A stretch of DNA of 62,097 bases, taken from contig JACPJN010000001.1 of the NCBI GenBank assembly GCA_016187515.1, positions 1 through 62,097 of the forward strand, written 5' to 3'. The number at the start of each line of letters is the position of its first letter. The stretch's first letter is position 1. Shown piece by piece: positions 34,042 through 43,446 of the stretch. Made by a program: the position numbers and the translations under genes. This DNA is from Candidatus Uhrbacteria bacterium. GTDB lineage: Bacteria; Patescibacteriota; Patescibacteriia; GWA2-47-26. The notes beneath the pieces were generated by a model. That model was not told the origin of the DNA. It did not search any database and saw only the letters and a program-made list of their open reading frames with translations.

Positions 34042-34260
34042 ATGAGAATTTTTGTGAAAGCAAAGCCGGGCGCGAAAGTTGAGGAGGTGATAAAAGTGGA
34101 TGCGGAGCATTTTGTGGTCGCGGTGAAAGAGCCGCCGGTGCAAGGGCGGGCAAACGCGGCAATTATAAAAGCCCTGGCCGCGTATTTCAAGGCGGCTCCT
34201 TCGCGAGTCCGGATTGTCTCCGGGCATTTTTCACGGGAGAAAATTGTGGAGATAACCTAG
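34042..34260 (+). CDS. DUF167 (YggU-like) protein
   Basis: Internal ATG 34042. KAKPGAK...V.VKEPP..G.AN...I..LA, 72 aa. Confidence 0.65.
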   Translation: MRIFVKAKPGAKVEEVIKVDAEHFVVAVKEPPVQGRANAAIIKALAAYFKAAPSRVRIVSGHFSREKIVEIT

Positions 34261-34282
34261 AGATGTGGTATAATATAAAAGT

Positions 34283-34633
34283 ATGGACAATGATAAGCTT
34301 GCTCAAGATTTAGAACGACTGGCCCGCGCGATGGAGAAATCCAACTCGTTTTGGCATTCGGTTTTGGTGGGGATTGGCCGCGGGTTGGGAATTTTGATCG
34401 GGGCCACGCTCGTGGGCGCCGTGGTGGTAACTTTGGCATGGCGGGCAATGCGCACGGTGCATCTGGATCGATTTTTAGGCGGCGCGGATGGTCCTTCAGC
34501 TGGGATCTTTCAGTTATTGAAGCAGCTTCCGCTTGGGGAAGGATTAGATCCTTCGACACTCGATCCATCGATACTGGAAAAATTTCAATCCGAAGCGACG
34601 CAAGGCCAATCCCCGATCAAGAAAAAACCATAG
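34283..34633 (+). CDS. Small membrane protein (DUF5665-like)
   Basis: SFWHSVLVGIGRGLGILIGATLVGAVVV forms one TM helix after a short N-terminal helix. Confidence 0.5.
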   Translation: MDNDKLAQDLERLARAMEKSNSFWHSVLVGIGRGLGILIGATLVGAVVVTLAWRAMRTVHLDRFLGGADGPSAGIFQLLKQLPLGEGLDPSTLDPSILEKFQSEATQGQSPIKKKP

Positions 34634-34702
34634 GGGCCTTGACGTTTTATTTATCTTATGGTAGGATAGGGAATCCCTTGGCGGGATTCTATTTATTATA
34701 GT

Positions 34703-36502
34703 ATGTTCGACATTCGAAATATCGCAATTATAGCTCATGTGGATCACGGCAAAACCACGCTGGTGGATGCTTTGCTTAAGCAATCCGACACTTTTCGGGA
34801 AAAGGAGCTGCAAGGGTCTACGATCATGGATTCCAATGAGCTGGAGCGCGAGCGGGGGATTACTATTTTTTCAAAAAACGCGGCGGTGATGTACCGGGGC
34901 GTCAAGATTAATATTGTGGACACGCCGGGGCACGCGGACTTTGGCGGCGAAGTGGAGCGCATTATGAATTTGGTAGATGGCGTGCTCTTGCTTGTGGACG
35001 CCAAAGAGGGCCCGATGCCGCAGACCAAATTCGTGCTGAAAAAAGCCATTGCGGCTGGGCATCGCGTTATTGTGGTAATCAATAAAATTGATAAAAAAGA
35101 CGCGCGGCCGGACTTTGTGCTGAATAAGACCTTTGATCTGTTTGTGGAACTCGGCGCGTCGGATCGCCAAACCGATTTTCCCGTGCTCTATGCTTGCGCC
35201 AAACAAGGCAAAGCCGGTTTTGAAAATAATCTTGGCGCGATGAAAAACGTGGAAGCAATTTTTGAAACAGTGGTTAAGGAAATTCCCGCGCCGCAGGCGG
35301 ATGCGGGCGGACCTTTACAGGTTTCGGTGGCCAATGTCAGTTACGACAATTATAAGGGACGCATCGCGATTGGACGGGTGGTGCGCGGGGTGTTTAAACC
35401 CGGAGTAGTGGCCTGGATCAATCGCGCAGGAAAAGTTACTCCCGCGAAAATTACCAATATCATGACTTTTGACGGATTGAGCCGCATTGAGGCCGCGGAG
35501 GCGCTCGCGGGCGACATTGTCGCGTTTGCCGGAATTGACGAGATTAATATCGGGGAGACCATCGCGGATCCCAAAAATCCCGAGGCGCTTCCGGTTACCG
35601 CGATTGAGGAGCCGACGGTGAAAATCACTCTAGGCATCAATACCTCGCCGCTTGCCGGCCGCGAGGGGCAATACTGCACCACCCGCCAGATTAAAGAACG
35701 ACTGGATCTTGAATTACAAAATGATGTGGCGCTCAAGGTGGAGCCCGGGGTGAGCGCGGAGCATTACGTGGTGTCCGGCCGCGGCGAGTTGCATTTGGCG
35801 ATTTTGATTGAAAAAATGCGGCGCGAGGGATATGAGATGCAGGTCTCGCGTCCGCAAGTCATTTTTCGGGATATTGCGGGCGTGAAGTCCGAGCCGTTTG
35901 AAGCGGTCTCGATTGAAGCGCCGGAGGAATTTGCCGGGGTGGTGATTGAACAAATGGGCGTACGCCGCGCCGAGATGAAAGATATGAAAGTTGAAAATAA
36001 AATCGTGTATCTTGAATTTGAAGCCCCGACCCGCGGGCTGATCGGCTATCGGACGGATTTTCTTACTGATACCAAAGGCCAGGGCATTATGAATTCGCTG
36101 TTTCTGGACTATCGTCCGCTCACGGGTGAGATCAATTCCGGCGCGCACGGGTCGCTTATTGCCTCCGAGGCGGGGGTGACCAATACTTATGGATTATATT
36201 ATACCCAAGAGCGCGGTCAACTTTTTTTAGGACCGGGCGTAGAGGTCTATGTGGGAATGATTGTGGGACAAAATGCCAAGGATGAGGATATTGAAGTGAA
36301 CGTTTGTCGGGAAAAAGAACTTTCCAACATGCGCTCCAAAGGCGAAGGCGAGGGCAAGCGGCTGGATACCGCGCAGGAGATGTCGCTGGAAAAAGCCCTG
36401 GAATATATCGGGGAGGACGAACTCGTGGAGGTTACTCCCAAATCCATCCGCTTGCGCAAACTGTATCTTACCGCGGTTGAGCGGAAAAGGATGAAAAAGT
36501 AG
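34703..36502 (+). CDS. typA: Translational GTPase TypA/BipA
   Basis: IRNIAIIAHVDHGKTTLVD, DTPGHADF, NKID. 599 aa. Confidence 0.95.
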   Translation: MFDIRNIAIIAHVDHGKTTLVDALLKQSDTFREKELQGSTIMDSNELERERGITIFSKNAAVMYRGVKINIVDTPGHADFGGEVERIMNLVDGVLLLVDAKEGPMPQTKFVLKKAIAAGHRVIVVINKIDKKDARPDFVLNKTFDLFVELGASDRQTDFPVLYACAKQGKAGFENNLGAMKNVEAIFETVVKEIPAPQADAGGPLQVSVANVSYDNYKGRIAIGRVVRGVFKPGVVAWINRAGKVTPAKITNIMTFDGLSRIEAAEALAGDIVAFAGIDEINIGETIADPKNPEALPVTAIEEPTVKITLGINTSPLAGREGQYCTTRQIKERLDLELQNDVALKVEPGVSAEHYVVSGRGELHLAILIEKMRREGYEMQVSRPQVIFRDIAGVKSEPFEAVSIEAPEEFAGVVIEQMGVRRAEMKDMKVENKIVYLEFEAPTRGLIGYRTDFLTDTKGQGIMNSLFLDYRPLTGEINSGAHGSLIASEAGVTNTYGLYYTQERGQLFLGPGVEVYVGMIVGQNAKDEDIEVNVCREKELSNMRSKGEGEGKRLDTAQEMSLEKALEYIGEDELVEVTPKSIRLRKLYLTAVERKRMKK

Positions 36503-36504
36503 AG

Positions 36505-36665
36505 GTGCGTCGGTTGCCGCGCAGCGGTAGTCCGCGCAAAAGACGCACTCGTCCGCCCCAGCGTGGCGTCCGGTGCTTGCGCTCGGGCTCGCTCGTCCCG
36601 ACTGCGGTCGGGACGCCATGCCCGCTCGCCCTGCGCAACACTTTTGCCGCGGGCTATCCGCCGCG
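36505..36665. mobile_element. Second copy of the GC-rich MITE-like element
   Basis: Shares GCGTCGGTTGCCGCGCAGCGG.AG.CCGCGCAAAAGACGCAC and GCGGGCTATCCGCCGCG with 33775-34018. Starts 3 nt after the typA stop. Confidence 0.6.
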
Positions 36666-36787
36666 TGAAGCACATCCTTGGGGGTGAAAAACATTTTTAT
36701 AGCGTGATTCCATTTTGGGGTATTGATAAAGATACGAGTACGCGCATTTTACATAGTGGAAATCCGGAACATGATTAATGAACAACG

Positions 36788-36872
36788 AAAAAACACCGCT
36801 TGTGCGGTGTTCTCTCGCGGTGCTTGGTTACAGCTTGGATAGCCGTGACAGGGCCAAGGCCCTCCAAGCACC
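36788..36872 (-). ncRNA. Candidate ~85-nt small RNA
   Basis: Minus-strand promoter (36879-36908). RNA: GGUGCUUGG-AGGGC(CUUG)GCCCU-...-CCAAGCACC, then the terminator CACCGC-ACAA-GCGGUG-UUUUUU. Confidence 0.4.
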
Positions 36873-36878
36873 GTTTGT

Positions 36879-36908
36879 ACTATAACATGCTCAATACTCG
36901 TTTGTCAA
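36879..36908 (-). promoter_or_regulatory. Minus-strand promoter
   Basis: On the reverse complement: TTGACA (36908-36903), 18-nt spacer, TATAGT (36884-36879). Confidence 0.5.
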
Positions 36909-36977
36909 CCCCGTTTATCCCCATGCCACCACCCCTAACCCCTCCTTGGAAAGGATGAAAGTGGTATAATGATGAAT

Positions 36978-37718
36978 ATGAACCTCAAAACATTTTTAAG
37001 GAGAGAAAACCTGGTCCGGATTTATCTTTTACTGTTCCTGGCCGGCATTCTGACGTGGGTGATAACTTCCAGCGCTGGCTTTTACGCCGGGACGCATCAG
37101 GATATGCCGCGCTGGATGGCTAACTGGCCGCCGCTTAATCGGGTTTTGTTTCTAAACGCGCTCAACAATATCTATTATCTCGCTATCGCGCTGGGGCTGT
37201 TTGTTGAATTTCTGCGTCCCAAAATTGAATTCCGCTGGTCCGGCCATAAAGGGCTCACGGTTTTAGGTACGGCGCTGATTATCAACGCGGCGGTGGTCGG
37301 TTATAATAATGATTTTTTCTTTGGCAGAATTGACCGGCTAATTGATACCATTATCTACGGATTTGGTTTTGGCACGCTGTTTCTTTTGGAGGTGCCGCAG
37401 CGCACCCGAGGTCTTACGATTGCCCTGTGGGCGCGGCTTATTGAAGCCGGCGGCCCAGCTACCGGCTATTTTCTGCTTCCGGCGCTTTTATCCCAATGGC
37501 AGCCCGGGCAAACCTTGTATCATCTGACGCAAGGACCGGCCTTTATGTTTTCCAGCTATTTTTGGTTGACTGACAATATCACGGCAATCGGAAGTTTACT
37601 GGGCGTTGCTTATCTGCTTTACAAATTTAGATTTAAGCCGTTTTGGATAGTTTCATTTTTCATCGGCGCGATTATTATCGGCTACGGCATCGCCCGTTAT
37701 GTTATGGGAAATTTTTAA
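36978..37718 (+). CDS. Polytopic membrane protein (246 aa)
   Basis: TGgTATAAT at 36962-36970 overlaps the first ATGs of the ORF, so ATG 36978 is the likely leaderless start. About 6 hydrophobic helices. Confidence 0.6.
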   Translation: MNLKTFLRRENLVRIYLLLFLAGILTWVITSSAGFYAGTHQDMPRWMANWPPLNRVLFLNALNNIYYLAIALGLFVEFLRPKIEFRWSGHKGLTVLGTALIINAAVVGYNNDFFFGRIDRLIDTIIYGFGFGTLFLLEVPQRTRGLTIALWARLIEAGGPATGYFLLPALLSQWQPGQTLYHLTQGPAFMFSSYFWLTDNITAIGSLLGVAYLLYKFRFKPFWIVSFFIGAIIIGYGIARYVMGNF

Positions 37719-37948
37719 TTTTCCGGAGCGGGTGATCATTATTTATTATCTTTTTACTCCCGCAAGTGAGGCGCGAAATGGACTCCGATTCCGATCGGAG
37801 GACATTTCCGACGAACGCCGCGGGATCAAAGGTTGAATGCCGCCCCGCCTTGGCGGGGCATCAGTGCGAGCGAAGCGAGGGCATTCAATGCCCCGTGGCT
37901 TGCCACGGGGTCCTTTACTCGGGGCGGAAGGGGTCGCTCGGGCCGGTC

Positions 37949-37977
37949 TTGACAAAAAAGGGCGGTTATGGTATACT
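37949..37977 (+). promoter_or_regulatory. Cold-shock gene promoter followed by a ~105-nt structured leader
   Basis: TTGACA-N17-TATACT. The leader 37984-38088 contains the hairpins GTAGAAAC...GTTTCTGC and CTGCCGATCGGCAG. Confidence 0.7.
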
Positions 37978-38088
37978 GGAGGTTAAGCAAATACATTTTC
38001 AGCGTAGAAACCTAGTCGAGTTTCTGCAGCCTGACTGCCGATCGGCAGGCATGTATCTTTGCAGTAACTTAACTAATTTCTACGTACT

Positions 38089-38289
38089 ATGCAAGGCACA
38101 GTTAAACGCCTAATGGCGGATAAGAATTTTGGCTTCATCGGTCCAAACGACGGGTCCAAAGATGTGTTCTTCCATGCTTCCGGCCTTCAGGGGGTCCAAT
38201 TCTCCGAGCTGAATGTCGGGGACGCGGTATCCTTTGAGGTCGAGCAGTCCGAAAAAGGTCCGCGCGCGGTCAACGTGACTCGCGGCTAA
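38089..38289 (+). CDS. cspA: Cold-shock protein (CspA family)
   Basis: KNFGFI (RNP1-like) and VFFH (RNP2-like). 66 aa. Confidence 0.95.
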   Translation: MQGTVKRLMADKNFGFIGPNDGSKDVFFHASGLQGVQFSELNVGDAVSFEVEQSEKGPRAVNVTRG

Positions 38290-38301
38290 GGAAACATCGC
38301 A

Positions 38302-38326
38302 AAAATCCCCTGTTACGGGGATTTTT
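38302..38326 (+). terminator. Rho-independent terminator
   Basis: AAAATCCCC-TGTTA-CGGGGATTTT. Confidence 0.8.
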
Positions 38327-38349
38327 GATTGGGAGGTATTTAGGGGTAT

Positions 38350-38811
38350 ATGCCAGCTAAAAGTCCGGCGAAAACCTTGCAAAAATTGTTGACGCGCAAA
38401 CCGCTGATCTTTACCGCGCACGCGCAGTTTAAAATGCGTCAGTACGGACTTTCGCCGGCGCGGGTTAAACGCGTATTGCTTTACCCCGCTCGTATTGAGG
38501 AGGGCATTGCGCCAAAGACGGTCGCGGTAATGCAATCGGCTAGTAACTATCATCCTGTGTTAGACAAGAAGCCCGCCTCTGCCGCCGACGCTAATGCCTC
38601 CGTCCCGCGTCCGCGGGACTGCGGTTCTGTGGCACCAGCAAACGCGGCGGGCGGATTTCGCGCCAGGAAAAAGAATAGATCCGCGAAATCCGAACTCTGG
38701 GTGATGTATCAGGATACTAAAGCAGTCCGCAAGATTATCGCGGCTTGGCGCTATCCCGGGGTTAGTCCGGTGCGCGGCCCGCCGCCATTTCCCAAAGACC
38801 TGTTCGAATGA
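38350..38811 (+). CDS. DUF4258-like small protein carrying an in-frame repeat insert
   Basis: FTAHAQFKMRQYGLSPARVKRVL resembles DUF4258 N-termini. The central ~40 aa come from a palindromic element. Confidence 0.5.
   Translation: MPAKSPAKTLQKLLTRKPLIFTAHAQFKMRQYGLSPARVKRVLLYPARIEEGIAPKTVAVMQSASNYHPVLDKKPASAADANASVPRPRDCGSVAPANAAGGFRARKKNRSAKSELWVMYQDTKAVRKIIAAWRYPGVSPVRGPPPFPKDLFE
38571..38692. repeat. Compound palindromic element inside gene 38350..38811
   Basis: GCCCGCC/GGCGGGC, GTCCCGCG-TC-CGCGGGAC and CGGATTTCGCG/CGCGAAATCCG (11-bp perfect arms). Confidence 0.75.
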
Positions 38812-38826
38812 TATAATCGAAACACT

Positions 38827-40089
38827 ATGACGACGAACAAAGGATTTTACGGCTTAAACATCGCGCCGGCGCTTTTGCAAATTTTAGAGCGTCTTAATTT
38901 TAAAAATCCGACACCGATTCAGGCGCAAGCCATTCCGGTAGCCATTGAGGGCAAAGACATTGTGGGGATTGCGCAGACCGGCACTGGCAAAACGCTCGCT
39001 TTTGGCCTGCCCATGATTCAGCGGCTGGCGCAGTTAAAAAAACAAGGACTAGTACTGCTGCCGACCCGGGAGCTGGCACTTCAGGTGGAGGAGGTTTTTC
39101 GCAAGGTCGGCCAGGGTCTGGGATTGCGCACGGCGGTTTTAATCGGCGGAGCGCCCATGGGTCCGCAAGTTCAGCAGCTTTTTCGCAAACCGCATGTACT
39201 GGTCGCCACTCCCGGACGCTTGATTGATCATTTGGAGCACCGCAATATTCGTCTGGACGGAGTGGGCATTGTGGTTTTTGATGAGGCGGATCGCATGTTA
39301 GACATGGGCTTTGCTCCCCAGCTCAAGCGGATCTTGCAAGTCCTGCCGCCGCCGGCGCATCGGCAAACCATGCTGTTTTCCGCCACCATGCCGCCGGAGA
39401 TCATGAAAATTGCCTCCGCGCATATGAAACTGCCGGTGCGGGTGGAGATCGCGCCGACCGGAACGACGGCCGAGCGGGTTACGCAAGAACTTTTTGTGGT
39501 GCAGCGCGATCAGAAAATCGGTCTGCTTAAAAAATTATTGGAGACCTACCACGGTTCCACTTTGGTATTTACGCGCACCAAACATATTGCCAAAAAAGTG
39601 GTGCGCCAAATCAAGGCGCTGGGGTTTAACGCGGCCGAGATTCATTCCAACCGTTCGCTTAATCAGCGGCGCGAGGCCCTTCAAGGATTTAAATCCGGCA
39701 AGTACCGCGTGCTGGTCGCCACCGACATTGCCTCCCGCGGCATTGACGTGGTGGGGATTGAACTGGTGCTCAATTTTGATCTGCCTTCCACCTCGGATGA
39801 CTATGTGCACCGGATCGGACGCACCGCGCGGGCCGGGGCCGTGGGCCACGCGATTACTTTCGCGGTTCCGGGAGAAGAACGGGAGATTCGCGCGATTGAA
39901 CGGCTGATTCGCAAGCCCCTGCCGGTCTCCAAACTTCCCGAGATTCCCAAAATCTATATTCCCGAGGTTCAAGCGCGCCGTCCTTATGAAGGGCCGCGGC
40001 GCCCTTTTCAGGGACATCCAGGGCAGTCACGCCACCGTCCGCGAAATTTCCGGCGCCCGGGCCGTCCGTCTGGCCGGTGGCCGCGTTGA
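38827..40089 (+). CDS. DEAD-box ATP-dependent RNA helicase
   Basis: Q motif, AQTGTGKT, DEAD (VFDEADRM), SAT, HRIGRTAR. Basic C-terminal tail. Confidence 0.95.
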   Translation: MTTNKGFYGLNIAPALLQILERLNFKNPTPIQAQAIPVAIEGKDIVGIAQTGTGKTLAFGLPMIQRLAQLKKQGLVLLPTRELALQVEEVFRKVGQGLGLRTAVLIGGAPMGPQVQQLFRKPHVLVATPGRLIDHLEHRNIRLDGVGIVVFDEADRMLDMGFAPQLKRILQVLPPPAHRQTMLFSATMPPEIMKIASAHMKLPVRVEIAPTGTTAERVTQELFVVQRDQKIGLLKKLLETYHGSTLVFTRTKHIAKKVVRQIKALGFNAAEIHSNRSLNQRREALQGFKSGKYRVLVATDIASRGIDVVGIELVLNFDLPSTSDDYVHRIGRTARAGAVGHAITFAVPGEEREIRAIERLIRKPLPVSKLPEIPKIYIPEVQARRPYEGPRRPFQGHPGQSRHRPRNFRRPGRPSGRWPR

Positions 40090-40147
40090 GTATTTTTATG
40101 ACTGGTCAGAATTAAATTCAGAATCCTGGTTTGGCAATCAGGATAGC

Positions 40148-40176
40148 TTGACTTTTATCTTTAGTTTTGGTTAGAT
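40148..40176 (+). promoter_or_regulatory. hom promoter
   Basis: TTGACT-N17-TTAGAT. Confidence 0.55.
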
Positions 40177-40193
40177 GTCAGTGGAGGCGAACC

Positions 40194-41483
40194 ATGAGAA
40201 CTGCGATTGCCGGACTGGGAACGGTTGGCGCCGAAGTTGTGCGCCAGCTTTTGGACAAAGACGAGCTGTACGCGCAACGGGCCGAACGGCCGATCACGGT
40301 TACGGATGTGAGCGCGCGAGATCGAAAGCGCGACCGCGGCTTTCCGATGCGGGATATCCGCTTCTGGAAGGATCCGGTCAAGATGGCGCGCGAGGCCAAA
40401 GTGGACCTGGTGGTTGAGCTCATCGGCGGGGCGGACGGTGTGGCCAAGCGTGTAGTGGAGGCCGCCATTGCGGCCGGCAAGCATGTTGTTACGGCCAACA
40501 AGGCGCTGCTGGCGCGTCACGGCATGCAGCTTGCGCGTGCGGCCGAGGAGCGCGGGGTTACGCTCGCGTTTGAGGCCGCAGTGGCTGGTAGCATTCCGGC
40601 TGTTGAAATTCTGCGGCAGGCGCTGGTTGCCAACATTTTTAGCCGGGTCGGCGGCATCCTGAACGGGACTTGCAACTACATCTTGTGGCGCATGAGCGCC
40701 ATGGGCTGTACGTTTGATCAGTCCCTGGCCGAGGCACAGGAAGCCGGTTACGCAGAAGCTGATCCGTCGCGCGACATCAGCGGGAAGGACACTGCGGACA
40801 AGCTCGCGATTCTCGCGGCGCTGGCTTTTGGCGTGCCGGTAGATCTCTCGAGCATACACGTGGAAGGGATCGAGCAGATCACTGCGCTCGACATCCAGCG
40901 AGCCCGGGAGCTTGGCATGGGCGTGAAGCTTCTGGGGATTGCGCGTCTTACCGAGCAGGGTCTGGAGCGGTGGGTACATCCGTGTTTGGTTCCGGCCGAT
41001 GCGGTACTGGCCATGGTGCCCGGAGCCACGAACGCCGTGTCGGTTACCGGGGATTTGGTGGAGACGCAGGTGTATCTTGGTCAGGGCGCGGGCGCTAAAT
41101 CCACGACTTCAGCGGTGATCGCGGACATCCTGGATTTGGCCACAGGTCGTCGTTTGCCAGCTTTTGGCAAACTGGCGGCGCAGCTGCGCGCAGTCCCGGT
41201 GCTAGTGCCGCGCGACCGCACGGGCGAGTACTACTTGCGGTTGCAGGTTGCGGATCAGCCGCGCGTGCTCGGAGATGTACTGAGCTTGCTCGGGATGCAG
41301 GGTGTGTCGGTGGCTTCGAACGAGCAGCCGGAACAGCAGGTCGATCCTGATGGAACTGTTGCGGTGTTTTTGACCACCCACAGAACGCAGGAAGCCGCGG
41401 TGCAGCGGGCGCTCACCATGATCCGCGCGCTTCCCACGGTCAAGGGCGAGCCGTGCCTCATCCGCATCGAGCGGGAGGTGTAA
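40194..41483 (+). CDS. hom: Homoserine dehydrogenase
   Basis: ATG 40194. IAGLGTVG NAD-binding loop, VVTANKAL, and a C-terminal ACT-like domain. Confidence 0.9.
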   Translation: MRTAIAGLGTVGAEVVRQLLDKDELYAQRAERPITVTDVSARDRKRDRGFPMRDIRFWKDPVKMAREAKVDLVVELIGGADGVAKRVVEAAIAAGKHVVTANKALLARHGMQLARAAEERGVTLAFEAAVAGSIPAVEILRQALVANIFSRVGGILNGTCNYILWRMSAMGCTFDQSLAEAQEAGYAEADPSRDISGKDTADKLAILAALAFGVPVDLSSIHVEGIEQITALDIQRARELGMGVKLLGIARLTEQGLERWVHPCLVPADAVLAMVPGATNAVSVTGDLVETQVYLGQGAGAKSTTSAVIADILDLATGRRLPAFGKLAAQLRAVPVLVPRDRTGEYYLRLQVADQPRVLGDVLSLLGMQGVSVASNEQPEQQVDPDGTVAVFLTTHRTQEAAVQRALTMIRALPTVKGEPCLIRIEREV

Positions 41484-41512
41484 GCAGAAAGAGGGAGGAA
41501 TTACTACGAACT

Positions 41513-41565
41513 CCCCGGGGTCGCGCGCGCAGCTTGCGCGCGTGGCCTCGGGGATATTTTGTTTT
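41513..41565 (+). terminator. Rho-independent terminator
   Basis: Long GC stem CCCCGGGGTCGCGCGCGC...GCGCGCGTGGCCTCGGGG, then ATATTTTGTTTT. Confidence 0.7.
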
Positions 41566-41567
41566 AC

Positions 41568-41596
41568 TTGACATTTGTTTTTAAACATGGTGAAAT
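41568..41596 (+). promoter_or_regulatory. Aspartokinase promoter
   Basis: TTGACA-N17-TGAAAT. SD GGAGGA before ATG 41618. Confidence 0.6.
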
Positions 41597-41617
41597 TGGG
41601 GTTGGAGGAAAATACAA

Positions 41618-42844
41618 ATGAAGCTTCGACCGACGGTTTTGAAGTACGGCGGGTCGGCTGTTGGAGATCCGCAGCGTTTGGGTGTTGTAGCCCAGGACGT
41701 GATCACACAGGCGAGTGGCGGACAAGGTGTAGTCGTGGTCGTCTCGGCAATGGGAGACGAGACCGATGAGCTGTTCCAGTTCATGGCCAACATCAATCCA
41801 ACCGCCTCCCGCGCGGTGGTGGACATGGTGGTGCAGACCGGCGAGGTCAAGGCAGTAGGAGCGCTGGCCGCGGCGATTGAGCGTCGCGGCGGTCAGGTCG
41901 TGGCTTTCACCAGTCAGCAGGTCGGTTTTTCCGGAACCGAAGACCATGGCAGCGCGCGTTTGCTTCAGGTGCGTGGCGTCCGGCTCATTCGGCAGGCACT
42001 GGCCGAAGGCAAGATCGTGGTGGTTCCGGGCTTTCAGGCCGTGACGCGCACTGGCAGTCTCGTGACGCTGGGGCGCGGTGGTTCGAATCTGACCGCGGTG
42101 GCGCTCGCGGTGGTCCTCAAGGCGGCTTTTTGTGTGTTCAAGACGGATGTGGATGGGCTCTCGCCGGTTGATCCGGATTTGGTAACGGACCCGATCATTT
42201 TCCCGGAGCTTGACTACGATGCAGCTTGCGATGTTTCCCAAGATCGCGTGATCGTGGATCGCGCGATCAAACTGGCGCAGGCCTATGGCATTCCGCTTCG
42301 GGTTATGCGGTCGCCTTCGATCGGTTCGTCTACGGGTGGCACGATCATCCGCAACGCCTCAACCCATGACGCGCTTGAGCCGGAACCACGCTATATCACC
42401 GTAGTCAGCGCGGATTTAAACCTCGCGCTTGTCAAGATACTTGGAGTGCCGGATCGCCCCGGACAGGCCGCGAAACTCTTCAAGGCAGGAAGAGGCATTT
42501 GTCTGAGCGACGCAATTCAGGCAGAGGGGACGGGGCAGAGAGCGGTTATCTCGTTTCTCGTGTCTATGGCACGTCTTTCCGAGGCGCTCGCGAAGGTTCG
42601 TCGGGTGCATCGAAACGTCCAAGGCAGGGAGGGCTATGTGGGCTTGACCGTGTTTGATCGGCGCATGCGCCGTGAGCCCGACTACGTGGCACGAGTTACC
42701 GGCGCACTGGCAAACGCCAGAGTGAACATCTCGCTCATCTCGACCTCGGGTCCTGCCATCACGGTGGGCATCAAAGCGACTCACTTGAGCCGCGCCGCCC
42801 GCGCGGTTGCCGACGAGTTCGGACTGCGTCGCAAGGCGGTGTAG
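41618..42844 (+). CDS. lysC: Aspartate kinase
   Basis: VLKYGGSAVG, the amino-acid kinase fold, and two C-terminal ACT-like segments. Confidence 0.9.
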   Translation: MKLRPTVLKYGGSAVGDPQRLGVVAQDVITQASGGQGVVVVVSAMGDETDELFQFMANINPTASRAVVDMVVQTGEVKAVGALAAAIERRGGQVVAFTSQQVGFSGTEDHGSARLLQVRGVRLIRQALAEGKIVVVPGFQAVTRTGSLVTLGRGGSNLTAVALAVVLKAAFCVFKTDVDGLSPVDPDLVTDPIIFPELDYDAACDVSQDRVIVDRAIKLAQAYGIPLRVMRSPSIGSSTGGTIIRNASTHDALEPEPRYITVVSADLNLALVKILGVPDRPGQAAKLFKAGRGICLSDAIQAEGTGQRAVISFLVSMARLSEALAKVRRVHRNVQGREGYVGLTVFDRRMRREPDYVARVTGALANARVNISLISTSGPAITVGIKATHLSRAARAVADEFGLRRKAV

Positions 42845-42933
42845 GAGGCGCCGTAGTACATCATCTCGGGGTGGGTCCCGTAAGACCCATCCCGCCTTTT
42901 TTTATCGCTGGATTTGTGGTAGGATTGAAAAAT

Positions 42934-43446
42934 ATGGATCACAAAATCGGAATCACGCTTATTGGCATGCCGGGATCTGGAAAATCTACCGTTGGCAAAT
43001 TGCTCGCGGCGCGCTTGGATTGGAAGTTTGTTGATCTTGATGCGCTGATATTGGAAAAAGAAGGGATAGGGCATGAGCAAATTCTTGCCGAGCACGGCGC
43101 GCAAAAGTTATTGGAACTGGAAAATCGCTATACGCTGAAGCTTGATATGAAGCACGTGATATTTTCTCCGGGTGGAAGCATAGTTTATTGCGCGCCGGCA
43201 ATGGAGAAACTCAAAATGGAAACGCTCGTCGTTTATCTTGATGTGCCGCTCGCGGAGGTGCGGGCGCGGATTGGAGAAAATCCAAAAAATATTCGCGGGA
43301 TTGTTGGCTTTGAAGAAAAAGGACTGGCTGGGCTTTTTGCCGAGCGGGTGCCGCTTTTCCGAGAGTATGCGCATTACACGATTCAAAGTTTGGGACGTGA
43401 TCCGCAGGATGTGGCGGGGGAGATTAAAAAGCATTTGAGTAATTAA
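42934..43446 (+). CDS. Shikimate-kinase-family P-loop kinase (substrate uncertain)
   Basis: ATG 42934. ITLIGMPGSGKSTVGKLLA...FVDLD matches AroK Walker A plus the DxD. It is embedded between aspartokinase and thrC. Confidence 0.7.
   Translation: MDHKIGITLIGMPGSGKSTVGKLLAARLDWKFVDLDALILEKEGIGHEQILAEHGAQKLLELENRYTLKLDMKHVIFSPGGSIVYCAPAMEKLKMETLVVYLDVPLAEVRARIGENPKNIRGIVGFEEKGLAGLFAERVPLFREYAHYTIQSLGRDPQDVAGEIKKHLSN

Noticed and set aside
42070-42095. GGTGGTTCGAATCTGACC looks like a tRNA T-arm
   Set aside because: It lies inside aspartokinase (GRGGSNLT) and has no acceptor, D or anticodon arms around it. I found no tRNA-like cloverleaf anywhere in the window.
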